Source: Camelus ferus (taxonomy: Eukaryota). Taken from it: 64,000 bases of DNA. The stretch is taken from positions 61,630,001 through 61,694,000 of the forward strand of contig NC_045707.1 in assembly GCF_009834535.1 (NCBI RefSeq), in the 5' to 3' direction. Position 1 is the stretch's first letter, and each line of letters opens with the position of its first letter. Positions 1 to 13,019 of this stretch are shown one piece after another. Below the pieces are notes generated by a model. That model worked only from the letters and a program-made list of their open reading frames with translations. It made no database searches and was not told where the DNA came from. A program made the translations under genes and the position numbers.

Positions 1-420
1 TGTGCCTTTTGGCAATCTGGATGTCTCCTTTGGAGAAGTATGTATTTAGGTCTTCTGCCCATTTTTTTGATTGGGTTTTTTTTTTATATTAAGCTGTATG
101 TGTTTATATATTTTGGAAATTAGTCCCTTGTTGGTTGCATCGCTTGCAAATATTTTCTCCTATCCTGTAGGCTGTCTTTTCGTTTTGTTTATGGTTTCCT
201 TTGCTGCGCAAAAGCTTATAAGCTTAATTAGGTCCCATTTGTTTATTTTTACTTTTATCTCCATTACTCTAGGAGATAAATAAAAAAAATATTGCTGCAA
301 TTTATGTCAAAGAGTGTTCTGTGTATGTTTTCCTCTAGGAGTTTTAGAATATTCAGTTTTACATTTAGATCTTTAATTCATTTTGAATTTATTTTTGTAT
401 ATAGTGTTAAGAAATGTTCT
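1..420 (-). mobile_element. L1 LINE fragment (ORF2 C-terminal region, antisense), runs off the window start
   Basis: Typical antisense L1 text: 'tcctttggagaagta...tttaggtcttctgcccatttt', 'ttgcaaatattttctcc', 'tatgttttcctctaggagtttta', 'tttaattcattttgaatttatttttgtata'. Confidence 0.9.
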
Positions 421-1984
421 AATGGTATTTTATGCAGGGTCACCTGTAGTCTTAACAAGCCCTCTCATTTTCTATCATCAGTGGGTAAATACAACATAAG
501 ATGAACTCACATAAAGCCTTGCCAACATAAAGACAAATTATCTTCATTTAGTTATAATTTTGCAGACATGAACTCTGACTTTGAAGGAGATCTGCTTTCA
601 TTGGTTGGGACTCCATCTGAGTGCCGTCATGTTGGTATTGACTTCGTTCTTTTGAATGATTGAGTTTTCTTTGTCTTACTTGTCCCTTACATTTGTTTAA
701 AACAGAATCTGAGACCAACTTTTGGGGGACAAAATAAATTATTGCTATTTGTAGTTTTCTTTGTTTCTATTTTGTTCTCCTGCCTCCAAATCAGCTGTTA
801 AATAGTAGAGTGCGTGAGAGAACATGGCTTCATGACAGGCACCATAGAATACAATTTCCTCAATTTATATAATCAGTCCTAATCCAATTTGTGCATTGAT
901 AGTTGTTCCTGCAATACTTGAGCCAAAGGCTTATGCAGATGAAAAGGGGAAATTTTATTGGAAGAGGGAGTTGGGAGACAGGATGGAATCCAGCTTCTTT
1001 AATTTCCCTGAATTTGTGTGAGTGCCACACTGTTTGGTGACAGTCATGAAACTCTATACGTAGGACACAGCACAGTGTATCAGTGAAAACGTGTGTTGGA
1101 ACTTGAAATGCGCTTCTTGACAGAGACAGTAAAGACAGAAAAATTGACTGAAGCAAAGTTTAATTTTTCAAAATGCTTAAAATGTGAAAGAAATCTCACA
1201 TAGCAGTTGCTGTGTTGTAACTACTGTAGCGAACCACAGACTTTTCTGTTATCTATTTATGTGCTGTGTATTTAGTTTTGTAGCAGCAGTACCATATGAT
1301 TTATGAAATGACATCAAATGAAAATAGCTCTGAATTCTGAAAGCTTAAAGTGAGTTTTCCTCTCCTACTTATTTGGGTGACCAGCTCACACATTTCATGA
1401 CTCAAGACACACCATTGCCAGTCAGATTTCTTTTTTAAAACATGATCGCATCTATCTAAGCAGCAGCAGCACCAGATGGGACTGGGAAATTCAGTCAATC
1501 TGATTTATTGTAGCTTATCTTCCACACGCCACAAATGCCACACAGGTGAAGAGTCCTACGTGCCTGACACTTGCCAAGGTGTAAAAGCTGCACAGAACGA
1601 GAGCCCCTGAACCTCCATGAGAGCATCAGGATGGGAGCCTGGAAACAGACAGCTATGGGGACAGGTGTGATGATCCTTGGAGAGAAGACCTCAACTCAGG
1701 CTTCCCAGATCTCAGCTGCTCGGTCTGTAACAGCCAGTTTTGTCTAAAGAATGTGGCTTGTTTGGGATGCCAGTCTTTCGGATGCTACCATCTAAATCTT
1801 CCACAGTTATTTCTCTTGATACCACACATGCAGTAGTTGTATGTTTTGCTAAATAATTAAATATCAGGACAGACCCGCAAGGAATCGTCTACTTCAATGT
1901 GCCCTATACAGTCAGTTCTCTCATGAAACTACTCAATGGAATGAGAGAAAGTTTCCTTTATGAAGAGTTCTGATAGTAAAGTGT

Positions 1985-4560
1985 GTTAATTGTGATATAT
2001 ACCATAGTAATGTCACCAAAGGCAAGTCTCTGTGCCCGCTGCACCATGAGGCCAAACAAAATGAAACATCGGAGTTTGGAGCAGAGAAAGAGGGCCAAGC
2101 GAGGAGGATGGGATGGCTCATGCCCGAGAAAACCCCAAACTCCCGCAAAGCATATTTAAGGGCCAGGTAAGGGGGGAATTCACAAGGTACATGATCAGCT
2201 CGTGCACAATTCTCTGATTGGTTGATGTTGAGGGAACGGGGTGGTCAACACTATCAGCCCCTAGGTGCCTAAAGTTCTGGTGGTTACGTGCTCTTGATCA
2301 TCAAGTAGTTAATGTCTTTCCTTTAGTGGTGATTTTAAGCATCTGAAAACCTCAGAAGTATGCATGAGATACTATTATCAGAGAGGAGCTACAGCAGAGG
2401 GTATGGGAGAGGGGTCTGACCCTGGAAGCCCCACAGGGTGCTGCTCGGTTACACCAATAAGAGTGTGCAAAATTACATGCATACTTCAAGAAAAATGGTA
2501 AAATCAACATCATCGTCACATTACTGAGATTATGAAATCGAACGTTGCTTGTATGTTAGGAACCTTCCATGACCCCCTCTCCCATCATATGCCGCTATTT
2601 CTTCCTCAAAATATCTGTTATTCCAAATAACAGTTCCTTTAAATGCATCTCTAAACAATCTATGGTTTAGTGTTGGCCTTCTGTGAACTCTAAATCAATG
2701 AAATCATGTAGTATTTATTTTCCTTTGACCTTACTTCAATTAATACTTTGTTGTTGTTTTTCCCACTCCCCCTTTGCTCCACCCTCACACTTGCCCCAGT
2801 ATTTGGGGATAAGTTGAGTTTTCAAATTTGTTTTTATTATGTATTTCTCCTCTAATTTGGGGGCGTTATATGGTCTGTGACTTTTTCTAGTGGTTATCTT
2901 AGCACACATGTAACATGCATTCTTTAATTGAGGCCTCTTAATTATGCCATATCTTTTGTCTGCAACAAAACAAATACTTTAGAATTTCTTATCTTGAACC
3001 CTTTTACAACCATTAATGTATTATTATTGTTCAGTATTTTAACTCTAACCTATTTACCCTCTACCCACACCAACATACAATTAGTGATTTTTATTGCTAA
3101 TGTAGACAGTCAGTGTTCATACCCAAATATTTATTAGTGTATTATCTTATCATTCTTTTTTACCTCTCAAATCTTACATCTGGGGTAATTTTCCTTTGTC
3201 CTGAAGATACCCTTCAGATGAAAATTCCTTCAGTAAGGGTCTTTCGGTAACACACTTTCTCATTCATTGTTTGTTCAAAAATGACTTGAAATCTACAATA
3301 CTGGGGATAGAGCTGTGTTAACCATTATTTGCTCTCAGTAAACCAAGGGATTCATTTGTTTTTGGCTCTATTGTTCTCCAAAACCCAGCAATTATTTTAA
3401 TAACCATTCTTTTGAAGATTGTGTTTTTCTGTCTGGCTGTTATTAAGATCTTCCCATTCATTTTCGTAATTTTTATTTTTACTATATTTCTTTTAATTTT
3501 TCTTCTTTGGATTCATTAAGCCTCTTGGACCTGCGAGTTAAATCTTTAACCATTGTCTTGGAAACGTCTTTGGCATTATCTTTTTGAATAGCATTTGCTC
3601 CTCTTTCTCTTTATGGGCTACTTTTTTGATCTACAGTTATGCATACATTTGACATTCTTCCGTTATCTCCCTGTCTCATACTCTTTTTTTCATATTTCCC
3701 TTCTCTTTGTTAGTTTACACTATATTCTGGATAATGTCTCAGATGTTTACTGCAGTGCACTAATTTTCTCTTAAACAAATGCTTTTAGTGGATCTGTCAA
3801 GTAAATTTTTAATTTCATTATTATATTTTCCATTTCTGTAAGTTCTGTTTTTTTTTAGATCTGCTTGATTCCTAGTTATATTATCAAAAATGGAATTTAA
3901 CTAACTGCTTTAAATGTGTTCAGTAAGTGTATGATAATTCCAGAACCTATTGTCTGTTTTAATTTTTGTATTATTTATGTATCTGTATATCTATCTATCT
4001 AGTCTATTTCCTCTCTCTCTCCCCTTCCTCCCCTCCCTCTCGCATCCTCTCATCTATCTATCTGTATATTACGTTCTGCTGGTTCTTATTTTGGCACAGG
4101 CTGTGAATTTTTACTGTGAGATATTCATTTCTTTTGGAACTTTTATCTGTGGGGCTTCTTTGAGGTCTGGTTTGAAGTTGAGCTCTTCCAGAGAGGGTTT
4201 ATATTTGCTTCTGCCAGTCATCTGGCAGTGCACCAACCCAGGACACCTTGACATTCTCTGCCTGAGGATCTTAGGTCTGAACAGATTGTGTGAATTTCAA
4301 CTGCAAACCTGGGTGAAAGCTAGTCTGTGGTTACAGATTCTCAGCGGAAATTTTAATTTTTCTCTTCATCCACGTCCAGGGTCTAGACAGTTATGTTTGT
4401 TTCATGTATCTTTAGAAATGGAAGGGTTTATTTCTCCTGTACTTAATTTTCTGTGCAAGGTTTTCTTATTAGTTTCCCTGTATTGCGAGAACCTCGGGCT
4501 TTACCAATCTAGTAATCACAATGGAAACTCCAAAATATTTTGGTTTTAGGTAAAAATTGT
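1985..4560 (-). mobile_element. Old L1M-type fragments (3' end to 5' region, antisense), interrupted by the LTR at 2011-2453
   Basis: L1 3'-end text 'ttaattgtgatatatacc...' and 'aatgaaatcatgtagtattt'; L1M 5'-region text at about 4100-4450 ('ccagagagggtttatatttgcttctgccag'). Confidence 0.65.
2011..2453 (-). mobile_element. ERV1-class solo LTR
   Basis: TG...CA termini (tgtcacc...ggttaca). Contains 'ggagtttggagcagagaaag', 'tcagctcgtgcacaattctctgattggttgatg' and 'ccccacagggtgctgctcggttaca', which I recall from laurasiatherian ERV1 LTRs. TSD not clean. Confidence 0.8.
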
Positions 4561-5231
4561 CGAGGTAAAAATCATCTTTGGTATTTGCTCACCGCCCCCC
4601 CCGAGTTCTTGCCTCTTCCTCTTTTGTATTTTTCTCATGAGCTCAGTGATGTGTCCAAAATAATATGTATAACACACACAAATGCATGTATATAATTTTA
4701 ATTCCTCAGTAAGGTGCAGGCAGTGTATATAATCCCTTGTACTGGCAGAACTAGATAAACTGAGTGTTAATTTAAGAACTGCAAATGTATAAAAGACTGA
4801 TTCTACCTCTAATTTTACTGGAGGGTTTTGAAGGTTATATTTACATAGCCAAGTTTTTATTATAATGTATGTTTTATTGGCATAACCATATAAAGAGAAA
4901 TTTAGTGAATAAAGCATTGTTGATATTCAGAAGGGCATAATTTATTAAAAGTGAATGTACAAAATATTGATAAGTTATTTCTATTAAACACAGCTATAAA
5001 ATCTTTATTAGAATAACGTGGTCATGTAATATTTTCTTTCTGAAGGTGGTATTTCATATGTATATGCAAAGATACGCTTGGCCAATAAGCCTGTATAGAA
5101 TTTTTAAAGCTTCTGTTAAAAATAAAAGAATTGTGAGGGTTACACAGTTTTCTTTTTATGAACGATATGTTTATGGTGCCCATAAGAAGGCATTATTTCT
5201 ATGCTTAGATTCAGTAATAAAGATAACTAAC

Positions 5232-5455
5232 TTTTGTTGAACACCTCTACATGCTAGAGATTGCTCTAAATTTTTAAAACTTATTTACTCAGTTAGTCCT
5301 CATCATGACCGTTTGAGAAAGGTACTTTTTAAGTCCTAAGTTATATATGAGAAAACTGAGGTCCGAGAGGGTAAGTAACTCACCCATATTTACATGGTTG
5401 CAGCCAAGTCAGATTTAGCACCCAGACAGTATGGTTTCAGAATCCAGTTTTCTTA
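5232..5455 (-). mobile_element. MIR SINE
   Basis: Antisense MIR core 'atgagaaaactgaggtccgagagggtaagtaactcaccca'. Confidence 0.85.
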
Positions 5456-5519
5456 TATATAATGTTATACTATTATATTCTCTGAGTGACTTGGGCATTT
5501 ATGTAACCATTTATTCCTT

Positions 5520-5900
5520 ATTTTGAAAAATATTTATTGAATGCTTGCTATGTCCCAAGAATTGCCCAAAGCACCTGGGATGTTCCTGCTTTGATAAAGC
5601 TCACAGGTTAGTAAATGGATAGCCACACAATCAAATGACTACGTACCCAGAAAGGTATGTGCATGTTAATAGTGCTTAGAGGAAGGATCAGGTCTGCCTG
5701 TGAGAGTCAAGGAACTTTAAAGAATGGCCTCGATATTTGATGGGGATCTACCAGGTGAATAATGGGAGATGGTGGTGATGATAGTTTATAAAGGCATAAC
5801 GTTATGTGCATAGCAGTATAACACAGATCTCTAAGCTCACTGTTACTAGAAAGTAACACTAGTGTGTTCATGTGGACGATGAGGGTACAGTGACAAATGG
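5520..5900 (-). mobile_element. L2 LINE 3' end
   Basis: 'aaatatttattgaatgcttgctatgtccca...gcacctgggat...cctgctttgataaagctcacag' matches the antisense L2 tail. Confidence 0.65.
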
Positions 5901-6925
5901 AGTAAACTGTTAAGCAGAGGTCATCGAAGTTATTTTATTTTTCTGAATCATCCAAATAATTGAGACTGAATGATTTTCTGATTTTTTAAAAAAATAATAA
6001 TATAGATACTAGCACAAAACCTCTACAGAAATACATACTTAGCAGAAGTGAGCTCTCATAGACTCTGGATTGGAGGTGCAGAATATCGGTTTACATTTGA
6101 GGCTGTAATCAAGTGCCTTCGGATCAGGAAGGTAACAGACAGTGACTCACAGAAGATATCAGGGAATGCTGAGCACTGTGGTCAATTAAAAAGTCCATGT
6201 CCAACCTAAAGATGTTCAAATTTAGTGTTTTAATAGCACTGTATTTGCTTGTTGAATAAACAGAAATTCTTACTGTATTTTTTTCCCAGTAATCCTCAGT
6301 TGTATCTCTTAGTTAAGATACCCAAGATTTGAGTAAGAAGGTGTTGAGTTTTTTCCTGACCAAATTTACTAAACATATGTATGTATTTTGACTTAATATC
6401 CTTACTTTAAAATATTACTGGGTAATTATACTAGATTTTTTGTTTCTTAGCAGATAATTAAAATGCCTTCCAATGAATACTTAAATTCTGGGACACAGGT
6501 CAAATCATAAATGAAAACAAATACTGGCTGTGTAATCCATGAATGTGGAGCACTAATGGAGATGAAAGATGACTCGTGAGATACGAGCTTAGAAGATCCG
6601 TGGAAAGACATGCCACAACCAGTGATTTTTTTTTTTTCATTTGTATTACTTAGAAAACTGGTAAAGGAAACTTCCACAGAGGAAGGTTCTGTTCACATTT
6701 ACAATGGTACACGTTTTCTTAGCTTTCACCATGTTATAAAGTAAGTTTTGGAGACGAAGCAAATATGTGATCTCCAGAAGACTAGAAGGTAATGAGAAGT
6801 AGCTAATATACAGTCTTGATCTGTGAATGCAAACTTGTGGACACAAGTCTCTTATTTTTGCACATTAATATTACTTATACAAGGAGCAGAGTAAGTGTGA
6901 AAACCATAAAATAGAATGCCTACAT

Positions 6926-6959
<34 letters not shown>
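6926..6959. repeat. (CA)n microsatellite interrupted by (CG)n
   Basis: cacacacacgcgcgcacacacacacacacacaca read directly. Confidence 0.95.
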
Positions 6960-8479
6960 GTTCCTCCAACTTTCCACACCATTACCTTTTTTAATGACTG
7001 GATAAAGGTTTCCTTAAATTGCATCCTTGATTCATTGAGTTACTGGGAATTGGTCATTCATCATCTGTACTTCACATTTTAATATTCTGGTAGACAGTGG
7101 TAATACCAATTTTCAATTTCCACCAAGAATCTTTTTTTTTTTTTTATTTTAGTGTATCAGTTATCAAAAAGATTTTCACACTCATTGACATCATGAAATG
7201 CCTTGTGACAAAAGAAGTGTTGTAAGAAATAACACTGTTTTAGACATTATTTGCGTTGACAGGGAAATCCTCAAACTGTTGAGGCTAAAAAACTGAATTG
7301 GGAACGCTGATTCATTCTTTCTTCCCTAGACGGATATTAGGGAGAATTAAGCCAAAAAAAGGATTTCAGTTTTCCTTGAAAAAACTGGGCCAGAGTTTGA
7401 TGAAAAACTGTAAAACTACAGCAGTGTTTGGCAATGAGCTTGCATTATGTTTTTGATAAAAACAGTTAAATGATGCAATTTTATTTTACCTGTAAGATAC
7501 AACATGAAACATACAAGACATCTTTTTCTTTTAGCATGCTCAATGGAAAATTGAAATCATAGTCACCAAGTTAATTTTTTTAATTCAAATGGCTGTTTTT
7601 AACATTAGGAAGATATATCCAAAAGAGAAAAAAAAAAAAAAAAAAAAAAACACAGACAAAACACTTGGTCTGTATTGTCTGTATAGCTGAGGTCAGGCAG
7701 ACCTCCGGACCTAAGCATGCATGGTTTAAAAGTAAGTCAAGGGGGAAAAATGTCTCCTGAGAGCTCATTTTAAATGGATAATCGGTACAGATTGGGTGTC
7801 AGCCATGGAGGAGTTGTAAAGGTTTGTCAGTTTGGAGGTTGTCTCATTTACTTTTTCACTAGCCATGTGAAGGACTGAACTGGGACTTTGTTAAATGCAC
7901 ATGTAACAATGAGTGGTCGATTTGTATCTTTTGGAGGATACTGTGCTGTTTTTCATTACGATTAGGATGCTAATAGATTCTGAACTGGTAAAATATGTTC
8001 TTTTCCAAGTTTTTGTGCAACAGACAAAATTTTACCAATTTTTGCTTGAAGTCCAAGCTCCTAAGCTGGGTATTTAAGGGCTTTTATGGTTGGGATGATT
8101 TTTAAAAAATACTTACTTTCTATCCCTCAGACCAAAAACTTTGCTCTAACCTTTCACATCATAGATTGCTGTGCACTTTGGTTATCTGAAAGCCAGCTTG
8201 CTTTGGTCTTTTCAGGGGTGGAGCCTGGAAATTGCAATGTGTAAACGTGGTGAAATAAGCCAAGGTCCCTCTCCCTGCCTTTTCCCTTAAACACCGGGTT
8301 TACGGTCGAGACGCACATCATGCCTGTGCTGTGTTCAGGCGATTTCACCTTCCCCTTTCCCCTCTGTTTCAGTTTCATCCGGAATTCCACTCCCAGCTTT
8401 AATATGTGTAAACATCTTTTCTGACCGCCTTATGTGTAAGTTCTTTTGTAGGATAGCTGTAACTTTCATCTTGCGTACT

Positions 8480-9100
8480 ATTCTTTTAAAACCAGTCACT
8501 TCTTGCATTGTTTTAATTGTATTCTCTTGTACAAATTAATTAGAAACAAAAGTTGGTGTAGTGTCGGGCCTTAATTTTCTATTTGAATATGATGGTAAGA
8601 TAGCAAAGTTTTATGAAAATCCTATTTGGATAGTGATTGGAACAGGATTAAAATTATAGATTAATGAGAGGAGGATTGTCTTTTCTATGAAGAGGATTTA
8701 ACTCCCAGTTTAATTAGGTCATTTTTAATAACTTTAATAAAGTCTTATGCTTTTCTTAGTAAATATATTAAACACATTTTATTTATTCCTAGGTGTCTTA
8801 TGGTTTTTGTTGCTATTAATAAAATTAAAATATTTATTTTAAAATATTAAAATAAAAATTAAAATATTTAATTTTTTGGAGATGCTAAGAATTTTTGCAT
8901 TTAATGCAAATAGTAGGCAAACTTGATAATCTTTCTTACTAGATCTAAAGTTATATAAATTCTCTTGGATTTTGTAAATGTGGAGTTTTATCATCTGCAA
9001 ATAATATTTTTATTTCCAATTTTTGGTACCTTTTATGCTGTTTATATTTATTTTCTCATTTCTGTCACTGAGGCCTTAATGTTAAATAGACTCAATGAAA
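8480..9100 (-). mobile_element. Old L1 ORF2 fragment (antisense)
   Basis: 'aaaattatagattaat', 'ttattcctaggtgtcttatggtttttgttgctatt' and 'tcatctgcaaataat' match decayed antisense L1 ORF2. Confidence 0.7.
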
Positions 9101-9920
9101 TGTATTTCCTAGAGAAATGGAAATTAAATCAATGAGTAGATACATTGCATACTCATGAAAAATGATTAATATATTTAATGACACTGATGGTTGGCAAGAT
9201 GTGAGGAAATGGAAACTTACAAAATGATGATGGAAGTTCAAGTTGTTAAAATTGCCAACCAGATCAACTTATTCATATTTTTTGAGGTTAAAGAGGCCCA
9301 TACCCATGACTAAGTCTTTCCATTTCTAGGTACTTATCTTGGAGAACCTCATGCTCCTGAGCAGTATGGTAATTGCTGTACTATTTTTAATAGTGAAAAT
9401 GTGAAACAGCGATCTTGGTCATGGATTACATAAATAAACTGTGATTTATCCACATAATGAATTATTACCTAGCAGTCAGAATTAATAATCAAGACCTACT
9501 TTTTATAGCATGTATAAATCTCAAAAGTAAAATGTTGCATAAAATGGAAGGCTCAAATGTATAAAGTAGATGCAATTTATATAAATTCTTAAAATCGCAC
9601 AAAACTATAGTATATATTGTGTCTCTTTTTTTTGACGGGTATGTCTATATGTTAAAAGTTCCTGCATAGAAAGAAAATACTGAACTACAGGGAAGTGTTT
9701 ATTTCTGGTGAGGAAGGAAAAAAGGATGGGTTGTGGACTTTAGCTGTAGCTGTTAACATTTTCTTTCTTAAATAAGCAACAACACCAAAAGACCTAAAAC
9801 AAACATGACATGAGATTGATATACATTAATTCTGGACGGTCATGTAAGTGTTTGTTATATTATATTCAGTAATTTTCTACATTTTTGAAATATTTTCTAA
9901 TTACCAAAAAAAAAAAAAAA
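9100..9920 (+). mobile_element. L1ME-like 3' end with poly(A) tail
   Basis: 'agagaaatggaaattaaatcaatgag' (REMQIKTTMR-like), 'ccatttctaggtacttatc', 'aataaactgtgatttatccacataatgaattattac', and an A-tail at 9906-9920. Confidence 0.8.
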
Positions 9921-10339
9921 CTTAGAACACATATATTGCACTATTTATCAGAATATATGGCAAACAGGATTTTGGAAATGATCTTTCTACTATCCTTGAA
10001 ACTAATTAAATCACTTGAATCATTACATTCAGTTTTGTTTTCACATTTCACCAAAAAAAAAAAAAAAAAAGGATGATCATCAAGGAAGTATCAAAACGGT
10101 GCATTAATTTGATCATATGAATTAAGATTAATGATTTAGAAAAGACGTAGGATGTGATCATTACCTTCTACAACTCATAAGGATGGTACTTGTCATTTTG
10201 TTTTTCTGCAAGAGAAAGGCGAATAGGATATAAACTTAGTGAAACCAGTTTAGACCCACTGTGTAAATACGTAGTAGCCAATATAAAATGTATAGAACCT
10301 GTGTTCTAATGTTAGGCATCATTGGCCAGGCCTGGGCAT

Positions 10340-10485
10340 TTTAAAATCTTTTTTGGGTGGGGGGAGGGGGAGGCAATTAGGTGTATTTATTTATTTTTTA
10401 ATGGCGGCACTACTGATGGAATCCAGGACTCTGTGCGTGTTAAGCATGCACTCTGCCACTGAGCTATATATACCCCACCCACCCA
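10340..10485 (-). mobile_element. tRNA-derived SINE, camelid type (Vic-1-like)
   Basis: The minus strand reads 'tatagctcagtggcagagtgcatgcttaacacgcacagagtcctggattcc' (A/B boxes), then 'aaataaataaatacacctaattgcctcccc'. 10-bp TSD gcctgggcat at 10330-10339 and 10486-10495. Confidence 0.85.
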
Positions 10486-12197
10486 GCCTGGGCATCTCAA
10501 ACTGGGATCTGTGGATATCCTAAAGACAACATGCAGATTCTGAAATTTCATTCATAAATTATTTTAGGTACATTTTTCTGTGGAGAGGTTCCAGAGTTTC
10601 TAAGCCAACACATAAACCAACTTCTGCAACTTGAGAATGTATTGTTTACAGTGAGCCTTGTGGTTGAGTATTGTTTCTAATAAAAGCACCACGGAAGGTC
10701 GGAAGAAGTCTGTAGACTCTTCAGTGTGAGAGCCGTGATGCTGACTACTGTGAATGGTATGCTTTTCCTTGACTTGTAGTATAAGCTTAATGGGATTTAG
10801 AGTTGGTGAGGATTTCAATTAGAGAGATTCTCTGCTTCCGGAGTCTTGGTAATGCAATAGCCATATCCAGAGGAAGAGACCATTCATAAGAGACAAGTCA
10901 CAACTTGAACAGCAACTAGAGTTTTGAGGGCCTTTTGATGTCTGTAATGTATTTACAAGGTTAGGCTATAAATAAGGACAGATTAAAACAGTGAGGAAAC
11001 TCGGTAATGTATTCTCAGTGTGTTGTGCAAGCATACTGTGCAGCTTTAAGTGGCCCCAACTCAGCACAGTAGCCAACTGTTTAATGGATTAATAAAACGT
11101 TAAGATACTAGTGGAAAAACACTCGTTCCGATTCACTGATTATACCTCCTGTATCACATGTGAATGCATGATAAGCCTATCATGTTGCATTTTAAGGATG
11201 TTTAGGGATAACACCCATGCCTTTTAATAACTTGTATTCCAGAATATTTAGTGCCCTGTGGATACTTATGACATATTAATTTAAAAAACATGATAATTTT
11301 AAATAAATAATAGGTACCCTCATCAGACAGTACATTTGGTGAATCTGTCTTTGTATAATGAAGCTAGTATTCTGCCTTTTCCCCCCTTTCAGTGACAGGT
11401 AAAACTATTATAATCATTAATACAATGTCAGTCATATAAAAATGGGTATTCACCATGAATTGAAGTGTTTTCTTAGGCAATCTTCACTCCCACGCAATAA
11501 TTCTTTACCTCTGTGTCATTTTTATTATCAGATGAAAAGTATGTCTCCATGCACATTAGAAAAAATATTGCTGACACTTTAATTAGTTTTATATGTCTAA
11601 TTGAAACTCCCATCAAAACATATTGTGCGTAATAGTTTTCAAGCTGACTTACCGAAAATTTTGTGGAAGGATTTTGCTACTATTTTTGCAAAAAGAAGCA
11701 AAAGTCAAGGGAAAAAAAATAGAAGGACTCACTGGATACTTTTGTTAAGGGCAGTTATGGAACGAGAAAGGCATGCAAAATAAACGTGAGCACCCAGGAT
11801 CAGATGGCGGTGGGGATTTCTGAGCTAGAAAATCAGAGATTTCTACTACGACCTTCTGGAGTAGGTGAAGGTCAGGAGAGGAGGTGTCAGGACTGGATCT
11901 GCTATTCTAGGCAAAGGTATGCAGGACCTGAGTCTGAAGATGAGTCTAACAAATCAATTTATGGAAGGGGCAGATAGCTTGGACCTCATCCAGGTCAGGT
12001 ACCAAACCTAGCCTCCACCTTCCTAGTCAGATGGGACAGCTGAGTGACAGAGGTCCACATGATAGAATCCCAAAAGGTGGGTTGTCTTCTGAGAGGCTTG
12101 TTGGAGCAGGTCATGGCAGTAGTGATAAAATACATTTTCACATATTGAGATTATAGGCAACTCATTCTGATTTATACAGGAATTAACTTGAATTTTA

Positions 12198-12577
12198 TGC
12201 TAACTAAAATAGCCTGTTTATGGCCTTTCAAACACACATTGTACATCTGCTTTAAGTATTAAAGAAAAAGGCACACTGACCACAAGTAAAGAATGTCCAT
12301 GTAAAAAATAAAGATTAAATGTCCCTCTTCTCATGCTGGTACTCCTTTGATGACAAGGCCATCCTGGCTCACTATGTACGTGCTGCTCTGTTTTTATTTA
12401 TTTATTTATTTTTGAAACCTTGAAGAAATGTAACCCTGACTCGTTCCATGTTCGTTGTTCTGACAAGAAACCCTTCCCAGAATAATACGGGGAGCTGGCT
12501 TCCGGGTTAGTCCTCAGCGTGGCTCGAGTAAATCTCTTTTCATATTATTGATGGTTTATTGATTATTTTTGTCGACA
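12198..12577 (+). mobile_element. ERV1-class solo LTR
   Basis: 3' end 'tcctcagcgtggctcgagtaaatctcttt...gattatttttgtcgaca' is typical R/U5 ending in CA. The 5' boundary is approximate. Confidence 0.65.
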
Positions 12578-12684
12578 GTAGATTTTCAGAGGCAGATAAA
12601 TTCTTTATCTTGATGGGCATTAGAACATGAGGTATGGGACACACATATGGGGGAACGGGTAGGTAAAGAGTTACTTTCGTCATA

Positions 12685-12806
12685 AATCTCAGAGGTTTTG
12701 GAGGTCCCTAGGCCAACAACCATTTTATAGATGAGAGAACTGAGGCCTGCAGAGGCCTGAATCTCACAGCAAGTTAGTGGAATCTCCTAGAAGTAGATCT
12801 TGGATC
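12685..12806 (-). mobile_element. MIR fragment
   Basis: 'cattttatagatgagagaactgaggcctgcagagg'. Confidence 0.7.
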
Positions 12807-13019
12807 GCCTAACTTCCAGATGAGTGTTCTTTGACTGTTACTATTGTATATGCCCGCAGGTCTGACTCATCACAAAGTCCATGAGCTGCTCCCTCGGGGC
12901 TTGGTACATTCTCTTCGCTAGAGACAGACTTGATCTGAGAATTGGGAGTGGGACTAAAACTATTAATTAAGGTTGGAGAACTGTAGCCATTAAAGTAACG
13001 TGAGTGCAGGAGTATCATT

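Noticed and set aside
1281..1303. 'tagcagcagtaccatatgattta', resembling the miR-15/16 seed
   Set aside because: Only the seed matches, and no pre-miRNA hairpin is evident.
3950..4549. Longest ORF in the track (199 aa)
   Set aside because: TTG start, low-complexity Leu/Phe/Ser composition, and it lies on the antisense strand of an old L1 5' region plus simple repeats.
8814..8877. 64 bp of pure A/T
   Set aside because: Low-complexity slippage duplication inside an old L1.
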